A DNA stretch of 64,000 nucleotides from Mayamaea pseudoterrestris (lineage: Eukaryota): contig BROI01000026.1 in NCBI GenBank assembly GCA_027923505.1, positions 124,001-188,000 on the forward strand, in the 5' to 3' direction. The translations under genes and the position numbers were made by a program. Numbering within the stretch: position 1 is the first letter of the stretch; each line of letters starts with the position of its first letter. The notes under the pieces are model-generated. The model was given only the letters and a program-made list of their open reading frames with translations, was not told the origin of the DNA and did no database searches. Below, piece by piece: positions 43,028 to 55,102 of this stretch.

Positions 43028-44783
43028 CTCTTTCAGTCATTGGCCTTTCGCAATCAATCCAGCGAAAACAAATGGCTCTGGAGAAAGAGAAAAATACAGC
43101 GGACAAACTGGCAAATGCAGCAGTAGGAAATGACGACGACGACGACGACGACGACAAGCAACTTCTTAGCGAAAAGGAACGATTAGCAATCGCCATGGAA
43201 ATCCAACGACGCAACCGAAGGACCCGAAAACCGCGAGGAAAGAACAAACTTCCGACGCCAATCTTTCTGCTCTCACTTCCCAAGTCGGGGACGACTTCTA
43301 CTCATAAATTCTTCACATGTGGCTTGGGTAATACGTATGCTTCAGCCAATCATTGGGTGCAACCCATTGGCAAAAAGCAGATGCGGGCAGGCCAATGCAT
43401 GTACGATAACGTTCAAAAGGGCCGAAACATTTTAAAAGGCTGCGGAAACTATCAGGTCTATACAGACATTGGTGCAGTTTGGAATGATCGGATGAGCAGT
43501 ACGCGATCGTCGTCAAACTGCTACTACCCTTCCATTCATGGCCTGGACGCCATTTACAACGACTATCCCAATGCAACGATTATGATTGTCCATCGCAACA
43601 GCACGGACTGGGCCAAAAGCATATTCACATGGAACAACTTGGCAGGTAGACTAAGTCGGTGTCCTGGCTTTCCCGTGACGCCTTACTCGCCCGAAGACCA
43701 AACGCATGATCATTTGCAGGAATGGATCGAGTTTTACGACCAGCATACCCTATCGATTCGAAAATTCGCTCGAGACCATCCATCAATGACCTTTGTCGAA
43801 GCCGCACTTGAACCAGACAAAACTGCCAGTCGTCTTAAAACACTGACTGGTATTGACGCTGATTGCTGGAAGAAGTGCAAGCCGGAAGTTGGGTGCGTTG
43901 AGACGGATGCCCACGGCAATGAGCTGCCTATGTCAAATGCACTACAAAAGGTTCGACAAAGATTGGCACGAAGCAATTTGAACTTTGCTCCATACCAGCA
44001 AGGTGGTCCACTGTTTGAAGCGCCAAGCACATCCATTGCCGTCAATGAAATGCTTAACGTTCCGCTACCAATATTCGTCTTGTCGCTGCCACGGACGAGC
44101 CTTCATAGAGTACGTGAACCAAATCTGTCATATAAAGCCGTCACTCGTACCTCATGCCACCAGCTCACCATGCTTTGTGCTAATCGTCACAACAGATACA
44201 TTCATATTTTAGATGCGGATTCAAAGAAACGAATAATGATGCTGCCAACGTCCGTTATCGGACTGTCGTTGTCAACGACCGCGAGAATTATAGTGAGGAG
44301 ATAGAAGCCGGTCGGAAAATGTGGAAAAATAAGCAGGCTGGTCTTTCTTTAATGCATGGTATTGACATGGAAAGTATTTTGACAGATATAAGTTCGTTTT
44401 GGGAACAAGATGGAAAGTCTATCTGCTATTTTCCGTCTCTTCATGATCTGGAAGGTCTCTTCGATAGCGCGCCATCGGCAAGCTTTCTGCTCCTCACACG
44501 CGACAGCGTCGACTGGGCGAAAGAAATACACAACAATGCCAATCTCATGGGAAGACTCTCAATGGCTTGTGGTGGAGACGGGTTTCCACAGTCTCCCTAC
44601 GAGCCCGAGGATCGCACGCAAGACGATATACAGGAGTGGGTCGACTTTTACGATGAACACACGGAGGCAATACGCACGTTTGCCGCCGAGCGTCCATCGT
44701 TGACCTACATTGAAATTAATATGGATATCAACACTGGTGATCAGCTGGAAGAGCAGATTGGTATTACTGCGTCCTGTTGGTAG
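43028..44783 (+). CDS. Sulfotransferase-like (P-loop) protein with two tandem domains; 3' part of the interrupted gene (intron 44110-44195)
   Basis: PAPS-binding-like IFLLSLPKSGTTS; second, degenerate domain IFVLSLPRTSL; internal repeat GFPxxPYxPEDxTxDxxQEWxxFYDxHT in both domains. Confidence 0.7.
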
Positions 44784-44958
44784 AATGGTGCTGGGACGAG
44801 AATACGCTCCAAGTTGCTTGCTGCGTGGTTGGTTCTAAAAACGTTCTATGCTATCTTGCGCAGACCCTATTCCTGAGCTGCTCATACTATGCGAGCATTT
44901 CATCAAGCTTGATAGTAATTCGTGGGTTCTCTTGCTGAGCAACAGTCTTCAAATATAT

Positions 44959-46323
44959 CTAATCCAGACCACGCTTCGCCAAGTCGCTGGCAGCAAACGA
45001 TTGCACTGGAACGTCATCTTGATGTTTGTAGTGGAAAAGCAGCAACAGCTCTGGATCGAGATGCTCTTTGGCAAATGCAATGTCGTTGGTGGTCATTCGC
45101 GAGAATCGATCGTGGTTCACGCCATTCTTGGCCAGCGCAGATACTAAATCATTGGATGTATTTTTCTTTGAACTAGCGCGCAACGCAAACGGTCGAAATG
45201 TGTCGTGCTTGAGTGGGATGCCCGCGCACTCCGCAATGGCTCGAAAAACCTGCTCCGAGTGATACAAAGTGTCTTCATAGCGAACAACAAGGCGCGGAAA
45301 GTCGGCTTCGACGTACTGCTGGTTCCAGTTACTCCACATGTGAACCAGCGATTCATACTCGACAGATGTCCTGAGTGTCGGTTCTTTCAGGTCAAGCCAA
45401 ACATGAACCGAAGGTTTCAGCATGAATTCGCTCCTGTTGTCTGGGTACGCAACAAGGTTTGGACAGTGCCGGGCGTCCTTCGCCCAGCGCACATTGTAAT
45501 GAAGCTTGCACATGCCGGCCATCCACCGGTAGGGATCTGCGGTCGAATAAAATATTGGTAAGACGAATAATCACTTTGTAGACTATTAATCAGCATTATA
45601 AAGTTGCAACAGCGTCGAATCATCGCTGTCAACCATGGATTGACCGCAATGATCATGCGTACCTCGAATGACAACGACGGGAAGCACATGATGCTTGTTT
45701 TCGTGCCAGTCATATAAGCGCGCCGTCACATTATAACGATATTCTAATGGAGTATGCTTGCGCCATGGTGTATTGTAGACGCGAGGGTTATTTGATCGTA
45801 CACTTGGATTCATCGCCAAATTGTCGAAGAAGGTATCCGCAAGCGCATTCGTTCCGGAATTGTGCAACCCCGCAACGCGGGGCATTGAGTAGATCGGTAC
45901 TAATGACGATACATTGGCTTGAGCCAGCATGTTTCTGTATTTCTGACAAGTGTCCAGCCCAAGGATGCGAGGCTTGTTTCCATACAGACTTGTCACTTGC
46001 GTCCAGGTTGGCATCATTTCGCAAATGATTCGTCGCGTAGTATTGTTCACTAAACGGATCCCCGTCGACTCGACTATTTTCAGCAAGTGCTCCTTGTCAT
46101 GACACGGATCAAGCTCAATGGTTGTATCATTGAAAATGGCATCAGTTGCGGTATAAAATGGCGGACGAGTGCTTGACGTCGGTGTCACGCTGCTCCAGTG
46201 CCACCACGACGAGATCAAAACCATGAGAGGACAGCACATTAATGTGGCGACCAACAACTGCCATCTATTCCAGTCTCGTTGGCTCTCCTTGGGGCTGACT
46301 CCGCTTGAACTCACGCTCTTCAT
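44959..46323 (-). CDS. Sulfotransferase-like type II membrane protein (2 exons)
   Basis: N-terminal TM anchor; VAGLHNSGTNAL, PWRKH, VVVIR(DP), VVRYEDTL motifs. Confidence 0.65.
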
Positions 46324-47003
46324 TTTTGTTTGCCGACAAAGTTTGTATTGACTATTGACCGCACTTTGTCCTTGGTCGTTGCGTCGTTGCCACCTGCCGA
46401 CTGTCTGTGCCAATACGAGCTCATTTTCTCAGAAATCCAATTATCTCTATAACCCGACACGCACATCTAATGGAATATTGAGGCGGAGAAGTTGCTAGCT
46501 CTCCTTTTAGGTCATTCGAGCGGGACCATCGACACGAGTCGGTCGTTGTGACAAGCGCAACAAACGCGCAACGCATCGGCGATGGCGCGCGCAAAATTTC
46601 ACATCCGCGAACCGTATGAGTCATCATAAGTCATAGTGACGCCCATCATCTGTCACCTTTACTATTGCCCAGGATATTCAAGATGGCGGAAGATCCAGCC
46701 TCGCCACGCAGCGCGTGCCCAAGGAAAGGATTGAACCAGACAAATCTCTGCCAGCTGCTCTCCATACAACATAACGACGATCTTCCTCCACTCTCCACTC
46801 GCACTCGATAAATCGAACTGTCCATTACAAAGCTACTCTAAGGTGATAGTATGGAAGAAACTACTCGAGAGCTGAATAGGTAGGAACAGAGCTGGGGAAT
46901 TCGAAGACGTACTGGAATTGGTTTGTCGTCGATCGTCGTCGGAATGTGAACGCTTCAAGCTATGAATGACTCATGAAACATTTCCGTCCTTCCCTTCTTC
47001 AGC

Positions 47004-48753
47004 ATGCAGAGCTCGGAGAAGCGGCAATTGGGTTATTCTGCAGGAACAATGCCAGGATATAATGCAGCAATTGATGCTGCAGGAATCAATGGTACGGATT
47101 TTCCTCAACAAACTGGCCGAGAATTCTTTGACCCGCAGCAGCAACTACTCGTGCAGCAAGCTGCTTGGAATACACTATCAGATTTGGGGAAACAGCAGCA
47201 ACCTCTTATCGCGCATAATGGAATGAACGCTTCCTATCAGCAGCAAGTGTTTCCGGTTGAACAAACTGCAACTTATCTGAATAATTCGTATCAATCTGAT
47301 AATGGTGGCTTTCGCAGGGACAAGACTAGTGAAAAATCTTGCTTCATACCGCGTCCAGGAACTGTGCACAAGCGATTAGTGACTGATTACGATTCCTCCG
47401 ACATTTTGGCTGCTTCTCCACGAACCAAACGTCGCAGGACGGAGTCTCACGAGTCGGCGACAATGGGAACGAACTGCGCTCTACTCATGCTTGCCGAAGC
47501 TACATCAGGAGTGGAGGATGCTCATGAGCTCACTCATCATGCTGGATATCAACCGCAGCAGTCGCCACTGGGCGCTCCGTTTGGTATCGAAGCAGCAACA
47601 GCAGTAACAGCAAACTATTACTTACCGTCGGATGCATCGTGGGATGCTCATTACCAATTGATCGAAGCTTTCCATGCCAAGTACGGACACTGCGTCGTTC
47701 CGCCTGGATGGAAGGATCATCCCGAGCTGCCAGAGTGGCTGGAGATGCAACGCCTGGAGGGAGGGAAGCTGATGCAACAACAAAATAGCCAAGTGCTTGG
47801 CGATGCAGCTGGATTGGGTTCCGCCATTATGCATCAACGCATGGCGAAACTCAACCGACTTGGTTTTGAATGGACAGCGCCCGAAAGCTGGGACGACATG
47901 ATGCAGAAAGTGAAAGCGTTTTTCCATGTGCATGGTCATTCCAATGTCAGTTGTCGCCTTCCTGTTGTGAGGTATCTGTTGTTTCTTGTGCTCACTTCTC
48001 ACACTGTCAAATGATTATCATTCATCGGCAGGTCCCTAAACGGTACAAAGAAGACCCAAAACTTGCACATTGGGCTGATAAGCAACGTGAGCTGTACCGT
48101 CAACGCCAGGAGGGACTGGAAACGCCGCTTACTGACGAACGCATCCAAACGCTCACAATGTTCGGCTTCAAGTTTGAAGTCGGACAAGCAAATCATGAGA
48201 CATTTGACGGCATGTTTGAAAAGCTACTAGATTACTTTGCGAAGCATGGTCATTGCAATGTCCCCGACAAGAGCAAGGAATACCCTAAGCTTGGCCGCTG
48301 GTTGCGCATGCAGCGTCGCCACTACAAGCTGCTAAAGGAGGGAGCTTACTCGTCGCTGACAGAGGAACGAATACAAAAGCTTAATAGCATTAACGTGCAG
48401 TGGAATGTGAAAGAATCGTGGCTAGATATGTTTGCCAAATTGCAGGCGTTTCAGTGCGAGCATGGGCATTGCAACGTAAGTCAAACCTTTTCTCTTGGGT
48501 CGACGGGCTTGCCGACTGTAAACTAATGACGTGTACCCCTTTTATTACCTTCCAGGTCCCACAGAAGTGGAAACCTAATCCCAAACTTGGAGTATGGGTA
48601 CATCACCAACGGAGGTTTTACAAACTAAAGTTGGCGGGCAAGTACTCCACGCTTACCGACGATCGGATCGAGCAGCTAAATCGCATCAAGTTTTGCTGGA
48701 ATTCTCCCGACAAGAACCCATACTTGTTTCAAATGCAAGTGCCCATGGTTTAA
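47004..48753 (+). CDS. Helicase-associated (HA) domain repeat protein (multi-exon)
   Basis: Four repeats of W..mf..L..F...HGHcnVP......LgxWv..QR..Y......LT.ERI..Ln..gF.W; introns near 47946-48031 and 48476-48555; 5' exon uncertain. Confidence 0.85.
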
Positions 48754-49143
48754 GATGGAAGCGATATTGCAATAACATGGCCATGCCAAATCTGATGTCT
48801 GCTCGTGTGCTGAGCCACTACTCACGTCCCAAATGCGGTTGTTGCCTCTCATTGATTCAACCTTGTAAATTATGTATATAGCGTATGCAGCATGAGTCGT
48901 TCATTTATTTAACTATTCGTCGTTGGCGAAGCTCGTAGCTACTGTACCATACTCGAAGCCAACATCGCGATAGCAACGAAGTCGAGACGATATGAAAACG
49001 TCACGGCGTCGGTCCGGGTTTGAATTGCTGACGATCGTTCTTCACCATGGTGAGACTTGAAGACTGATGGCCGCTCAAAGCGCGTTGTACCAGTCGCTGC
49101 ATATAAATTCACGTGATCAACTGGTAGAAGAAAGGATTTCATC

Positions 49144-49893
49144 ATGTCGAAATTAATCGCGTTTACGTTACTTGCTGCATGCTTTTGCTTCCAAATTGCC
49201 AATGCCTTCGTTGTCGGCGTCACTCCTTCTCCAAGAACACATCATTCATCAGGCACGCCACTAGCGTTACAAGCTTCCACTCAGACGGATGATCTCATGA
49301 CACCAGCATACGAGATTGAGAAGATTCCAATTCGCATTGGTCATGGCTTCGACATTCATCGCATGGCTCCGATTGACGATGCCGGCCAACCAGTTGTGAT
49401 TGGAGGCGTGACGATTGACCACAAGCCGCAACCGTGGATTGATGCCGACGGCAAGTACGTTGAAAAGGGTTGCGTGTATGAAACAAAGCTTGGAGTCGTG
49501 GCTCATTCGGATGGCGATGTTGTCTATCATTCCATTGTTGATGCAATCTTTGGAGCACTGACACTGCCGGACATTGGACAAGTCTTCCAAGACACTGATC
49601 CACGATGGAAGGCTTGCGACTCGAGCAAGTTTATGGAGTATGCTGCGCAAGTCATGAAAAATTGTGGCTACAAAATTGGAAACGTTGATGTCACGCTGAT
49701 TTTGGAGCGGCCAAAGGTGGCTTCCTTCAAGCCAGCCATGAAGGAAAACATTGTCGCGCTGCTTAAAACGACGCCAGGTCGAGTCAACATTAAGGCACGA
49801 ACCCATGAGCGAGTCGATTCAGTAGGTGAGTTGAGGAGTCTATCCTGTCACGTCGTCTTGACACTGGAGCTAGCTACTGAGCCTTCCATATAG
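49144..49893 (+). CDS. ispF: 2-C-methyl-D-erythritol 2,4-cyclodiphosphate synthase, plastid-targeted
   Basis: RIGHGFDIH, AHSDGDV, PDIGQ, NVDVTLILERPK, VNIKARTHE; signal peptide plus ANA|FV. Confidence 0.95.
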   Translation: MSKLIAFTLLAACFCFQIANAFVVGVTPSPRTHHSSGTPLALQASTQTDDLMTPAYEIEKIPIRIGHGFDIHRMAPIDDAGQPVVIGGVTIDHKPQPWIDADGKYVEKGCVYETKLGVVAHSDGDVVYHSIVDAIFGALTLPDIGQVFQDTDPRWKACDSSKFMEYAAQVMKNCGYKIGNVDVTLILERPKVASFKPAMKENIVALLKTTPGRVNIKARTHERVDSVGELRSLSCHVVLTLELATEPSI

Positions 49894-50249
49894 TAGAAGC
49901 ACTATTATTATTTATTGTCAGTGTTAGCTGATGTGTATGCACGCCTTGTTGTGGCGATCCAAACCAAAATCTTGGCAGCTTGCGTTGGCGTTAATGCTTT
50001 GCTAACCTGGTCAAACTCATTGGCCAAGTCTTTCCCCTTTTTGCGAGTCGTTCGAAGCTCCTGCAGCACTTCAAGCGCCTTTTCCAAGCATTCGTCGAGT
50101 CAGATGAAGACACTCATGTTAACAAGCAAGCCAGCGAGTGTAGAAGTAATTGTAGTTGAAAGAAAACACAGATCACCGGTGATAGTCTGGCGCGGTCGGC
50201 ACATGGAAGTTTCGTTGTCCCGTTCACAGTCAGTACCGCTACGATTTCG

Positions 50250-50732
50250 ATGAATGCATGCGCGCCGCCGCGCGATGCATTTTTGACCATGGCCACAGAA
50301 CCATTCTCCGCAGGCGACAGTCAACGCGACGCCAACAAACAGAGCAAGTCACAATTTCGATCGCTTGGTGGACTCTTACGATACTTTATTGGCCTTGAAA
50401 TTGGCGTGGAACTCAAATCAGGCCGAACGTATCGCGGCATTTTAAGCAACACTGAAGGCGAGTCGATGAACCTGACCTTGACAAACGTTACCAGTATCAG
50501 CGATTTAACAGAAAGGACCAGTAAAACTAGTGCCGGTATAGATCAACAGCAGCCTTGTCATTCAGTCTTGTCGGTACGAGGCAGTCAAATTCGATACATT
50601 CACTTTCCCGACGACGCACATCTTGAAGCACTCATCAAGCAGGGCATGCAACGAGAAGCCGAGGCGCGCAAAAAGTACCAGCGACAGACGCGCAAGGTTA
50701 AGAAATCACACAAGGAGCAACCGTTTGCATGA
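50250..50732 (+). CDS. Sm/LSm-domain protein, LSm10-like
   Basis: SLGGLL...VELKSGRTYRGIL...MNLTLTNV...VRGSQIRYIHFPD. Confidence 0.7.
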   Translation: MNACAPPRDAFLTMATEPFSAGDSQRDANKQSKSQFRSLGGLLRYFIGLEIGVELKSGRTYRGILSNTEGESMNLTLTNVTSISDLTERTSKTSAGIDQQQPCHSVLSVRGSQIRYIHFPDDAHLEALIKQGMQREAEARKKYQRQTRKVKKSHKEQPFA

Positions 50733-52414
50733 ACAAGTGCTGGCTGATTGCCTCGTCTGCTGCTTCTGCTCTCTTGTTGAAAAGGTCGACGCAAGCATTG
50801 AAGGCGAGTACATTGCTTGCCTTTCGCTCGAAAACGTCATTCGAAACGCTGTCACTAGCAAGCAAGATTTGCGTGTCATCTGTAGATCATTCTGAGACTA
50901 GTTATCGCAAAATGAATGGTGAGATCAACGCTTCGAAGGACGAGATGAACAAAATTGACGCGTCAACTGCTCCTACTGCTTGGACTGTCTGCAAAGTATG
51001 TCGTGGCCAGGGACGAATCAATCGTCGACCAGCTCGCAAAGCAATGAAACGCAGTGACGAGGCAAGTAATGGCAGTGAAGTGACGGCTACAAAACCGAGT
51101 CAACGTCATGTTCAAATTTGTAAACAGTGCCAGGGAGCGGGAATAGTCAAGCCAAGTAACGACAGTGCTACAGCCAATGTTTCTCCGTCACCCAATCATT
51201 TGCAAACATTTCCAAACGGCATTGCCATTATTGGAGGGGGCTTGGCGGGCTTAGCTTTGGCGACTGCTTGTCGTCATCGCAATATTCCTTGCCGCGTCTA
51301 TGAGCGAGACAGCCATTTTTCCGATCGAACCCAAGGCTACGGGCTCACATTGCAGCAAGCCAGCAAGGCATTGATTGGTTTCGGTATAGAGTCATTGGCA
51401 AATGGAATCGTTTCCACGAAGCACATTGTCCACAAGACGGATGGAACTATAATCGGCGAATGGGGCTTTCGCCAGTGGGGACGGTCCGAAGCAAAGCAAA
51501 ACAGGGACCCCAAGAGACAAAACGTGCACATTGCACGACAGGCGCTCCGGCGTGAGCTACTGCAAGCTGCAGGAAGTGTGAATGGTGTCGAGTGGAACCA
51601 CAAACTAGTTTCGTTCAAAGAAGAAAAGGATCATGTATCGTTAAAGTTTCAGGTCGGCAATCACCTTGTGGAGGAACGAGCAGACTTGCTTGTTGGTGCG
51701 GATGGCATTCGAAGCGTTGTGCGCAATCGATGGATTGGAGATGCTTCCACTCCGCTCCAGTACCTTGGCTGCATGGTGCTTTTGGGAATTTGCTCGCTAC
51801 ATGATCTCGATGAAACGGTGCAGCAGTCAGACCTACTCGATGGAGCAACCGTCTTTCAAACGGCCAATGGCGAGACTCGAATATACATGATGCCTTACTC
51901 CAAAAGAGAGTACATGTGGCAGCTATCGTTTCCGATGGAGGAAGTAGTTGCGATGGAACTCGGCGGACGGGGGCCGGCGGTGCTCAAGCAGGAAGCATTG
52001 ACGCGCTGTCAATCATGGCACCAGCCCATTCCACAGATAATCGAAGCGACTCCGGATGCATTGGTGTCTGGCTATCCAGTCTATGATCGATCATTGTTAA
52101 CGAGTGACAAGATGGATTTGTCAGGCCGAGTGACACTGATTGGAGACGCCTGCCATCCCATGAGTCCATTCAAAGGACAAGGCGCGAACCAGGCCATGCT
52201 GGATGCCTTGCAATTGGCGCGCGCTTTGTATATGGTGAATGACATTGACGCTTTAGCACCTGTGTTACAAACATTCGAGCGCGAAATGTTGGAGCGCAGC
52301 GCCGTCAAGGTACGAGCGTCTGCGCAAGCCGCGCATTTTTTACATAGCGAAATTGCCATTCAGCAAGGCAACATGACTCGCGGTGCAGCGGCGGCGGCCG
52401 CTAGCAAGTCATAG
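50729..52414 (+). CDS. FAD-dependent monooxygenase with N-terminal CxxCxGxG pair
   Basis: IIGGGLAGL, DLLVGADGIRS, LIGDACHPMSPFKGQGANQAMLDA; CKVCRGQG and CKQCQGAG; start may be 50912. Confidence 0.88.
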   Translation: MNKCWLIASSAASALLLKRSTQALKASTLLAFRSKTSFETLSLASKICVSSVDHSETSYRKMNGEINASKDEMNKIDASTAPTAWTVCKVCRGQGRINRRPARKAMKRSDEASNGSEVTATKPSQRHVQICKQCQGAGIVKPSNDSATANVSPSPNHLQTFPNGIAIIGGGLAGLALATACRHRNIPCRVYERDSHFSDRTQGYGLTLQQASKALIGFGIESLANGIVSTKHIVHKTDGTIIGEWGFRQWGRSEAKQNRDPKRQNVHIARQALRRELLQAAGSVNGVEWNHKLVSFKEEKDHVSLKFQVGNHLVEERADLLVGADGIRSVVRNRWIGDASTPLQYLGCMVLLGICSLHDLDETVQQSDLLDGATVFQTANGETRIYMMPYSKREYMWQLSFPMEEVVAMELGGRGPAVLKQEALTRCQSWHQPIPQIIEATPDALVSGYPVYDRSLLTSDKMDLSGRVTLIGDACHPMSPFKGQGANQAMLDALQLARALYMVNDIDALAPVLQTFEREMLERSAVKVRASAQAAHFLHSEIAIQQGNMTRGAAAAAASKS

Positions 52415-52513
52415 ATAAGCGTCTATCATAGCTCACACAACATAACGAAGAGTGGAGCTCACATGACGACGTACGGTTTTTACGGCTATAATCATTTTAG
52501 CAACATTCGTTAA

Positions 52514-53155
52514 TCACCAAAGCTGCCACCACTTTCGTTTCCTCTCAACCTTTTTCGCCAAAAAGCTCATGGGATACCAACCAATCGATGCAAAAGGATG
52601 ATCTTCATCTATTATCGTTCGACATAGGTTGTACTGCTTGTTCGGACCGACTCCTTCCTGCAAGACTTGTAAGACTTGATTTTGACGAACATTCGTCAGT
52701 CCATGCGTCCCTCCCATTTCGTAAACAACCTCGACGGTACATTCAAATAGAGCTGGATGATTCTTGTATTTATCCATCAAATCTGCATGGCGTTGTTGCT
52801 GCTGAATTTGCAGCGAAGCAGCCATGCTTTCCGTTGTTTGCTGTCGGTTATAGTCATCGTAATATTGAAGCGTTCGATCCAGTAGCAACAGCGTCACACC
52901 GGCGCCTCCAATGCCGATGAGAATGGTTCCACTGTTCCACATATCGCGTATCTTGCTGAATAACGATGCTGATGTATCACTCTTGGACGCAGATGACGTG
53001 AAATGATGCGCATTCTGCTTGCTCAATGTAGATTTGAATTTTGGAAAATGTCGTCGAGCATGACATGCTGATGCGGAATTGCCTCGGCAGGAGCCATTCT
53101 TTGGCATGCGGCTGAGACACTGCATCATTATAGCTCTGCCAGTTAACAAAGTCAT
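52514..53155 (-). CDS. Hypothetical single-TM protein, possibly mitochondrial, with SH3-like C-terminus
   Basis: Basic S/R-rich N-terminus, one TM, C-terminal ...QVLQEGVG...GWYPMSFL. Confidence 0.55.
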   Translation of the reverse strand: MTLLTGRAIMMQCLSRMPKNGSCRGNSASACHARRHFPKFKSTLSKQNAHHFTSSASKSDTSASLFSKIRDMWNSGTILIGIGGAGVTLLLLDRTLQYYDDYNRQQTTESMAASLQIQQQQRHADLMDKYKNHPALFECTVEVVYEMGGTHGLTNVRQNQVLQVLQEGVGPNKQYNLCRTIIDEDHPFASIGWYPMSFLAKKVERKRKWWQLW

Positions 53156-53664
53156 GCAGCTGTAGTATCTTTATCTAAATCTGCAAAGCTGCGCTCGCAA
53201 GCTGACTCATTCGTCATGGCGATGAATGCAAGACTTTGCGTTGCGCGTCGTCCTGAGTACCGGTCAGACTTTTTAAAACCGCTCCGACAACTTCGTCTTG
53301 CCACGTCGGCAATTTCTCGTCTTGCCGCAGCGCGCGCGTCTGCTTCGTCGCCGAGAGGTGCCAACGTTCTTCTTCCCTTGAACAATCAATCATCATCAAA
53401 CTTGCTTGCTTCTTTGCCTCCGCTGCTGCTTCAGTCGTACTAAACTACTGACGCGAATCGATCAAGCTTGCATATAACGTGTCAAGAAGAGACTGTATAA
53501 TAGTTAACGCAGACAAGCCGAGCCGAGTCACACCAGCCTCATCACAAGCAAAGCCTCGGAGTCACACTCGCTTGTTTCCGAACATATACACGCGAGCTCC
53601 AAGTCCTGGAACCGAACTTTTCTGCCGTTGCATATCATTCAGCAAACAAGAGCGAGGATCTGTC

Positions 53665-55009
53665 ATGTGTCAACTACTTGGAATGAACTGTGCTGCTCCT
53701 GTAAGTATTGTCTGCTACTGATCGTTTTCTCTTCAAGTTCTGCTCGAGACATTATCAAACTCACTCACGGAATTGCAATACTCCAATTTTGTATTTCATT
53801 TCGCAGACTGACTTTTCCTTTAGCTTACGCGGCTTTTGCAAACGCGGCGGCGATACTGACGTTCACTCGCACGGCTTTGGCGTTTGCGTCTACCAGGGAC
53901 GAGGCTTGCAGTGCTTTCACGACACGCAGGCTGCCTGCAAGAGTCCCATTGCGCAGCTGGTGCAATACTATCCCATGCGAACGCTCAACATGATGGCGCA
54001 TATCAGGTATGCGACGCAGGGAGCTGTTTCGCTGGAAAATGTTCATCCATTCACGCGCGTATGGAAGGGCATTCAACTTTGCTTTGCTCATAATGGAGAT
54101 TGCCCCAAGTTCAAGCAAGTCGAAGGCATTGGACAAGCCATTCTACTGCTTGGGAAATCGACTCCAGAAAATATTTTGTATCATCCTGTTGGTGATACAG
54201 ACAGTGAAGCCGTCTTTTGCGCCATTTTGAATGCGCTCAATGCAGAGTTTCCAGGCAATCAGCTTCCAACGCTTCCCGTCCTACATGAATTCCTAAGCAC
54301 ACTCTGCGACGAAATTACTAAAGGCGACGGACCAGACGAAACTATTTTTAACTTCTTGCTCGGCTGCGGACAGTACACGCAGTTTGCCTTTTCGTGGCCT
54401 GGCAAGCGACATGGATCGTCGGTATGGAACGGCTTGCACTACCTCATTCGCGAACCGCCCTTTACCATTGCCAAACTTGTAGATGATGACTATAGCATTA
54501 ACTTTGCGGAAATGACAACCATTAATGATAGAGTCGCAGTCATTGCAACGAAACCATTGACGGGCGAAACTGGTTGGATTGAAATGGCGCGCGGCGAGCT
54601 CATCATGTTTGACAAGGGCAAGGCCTATCGCACTCCCAAGTGCTGCGAAATTGTCGAGCAGGAGGGGCGCGGCCTGACATGCAAATGGTTTGCCGAAAAG
54701 TGTCACTCGTGGAAAAAGACGGTGCGGTTGCCAACGCCGTCGCTGCCCAAACCAATTCCAATCAAGCAGCAGCGAGTATCGAGCAGTCAAAACCTTGCAT
54801 CGTCGGTGCATGCGGAAACAATTCTAACGTCGCCGGCACTGACCAATATACCAAGGGTTGTTTCTTGCAGCCTGGCAGACGCCATTCCCGAGCCTCCGGG
54901 CGTGTCCGAATCGTCCGCGAATGCACCGTCGCCAACGACCGTGGCGCTGGAGCCTCGACATGACGAGGAACTTGAACATCACTTTGTGCGACTTAATGTT
55001 AGTCGATAG
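53665..55009 (+). CDS. Class II glutamine amidotransferase (YafJ-like; intron 53701-53806)
   Basis: N-terminal nucleophile MCQLLGMNC in exon 1; HSHGFG, MAHIRYATQG, ENVHPF, FAHNG, GDTDSE, VIATKPLT. Confidence 0.9.
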
Positions 55010-55102
55010 TTGTGAAAATATATGTGTGTGTTCCAGATGATAATTGAATAGTCTAAACATGTAAGTACTTGTTTATTCATACTACTTACTTTACTGCTTG
55101 GG

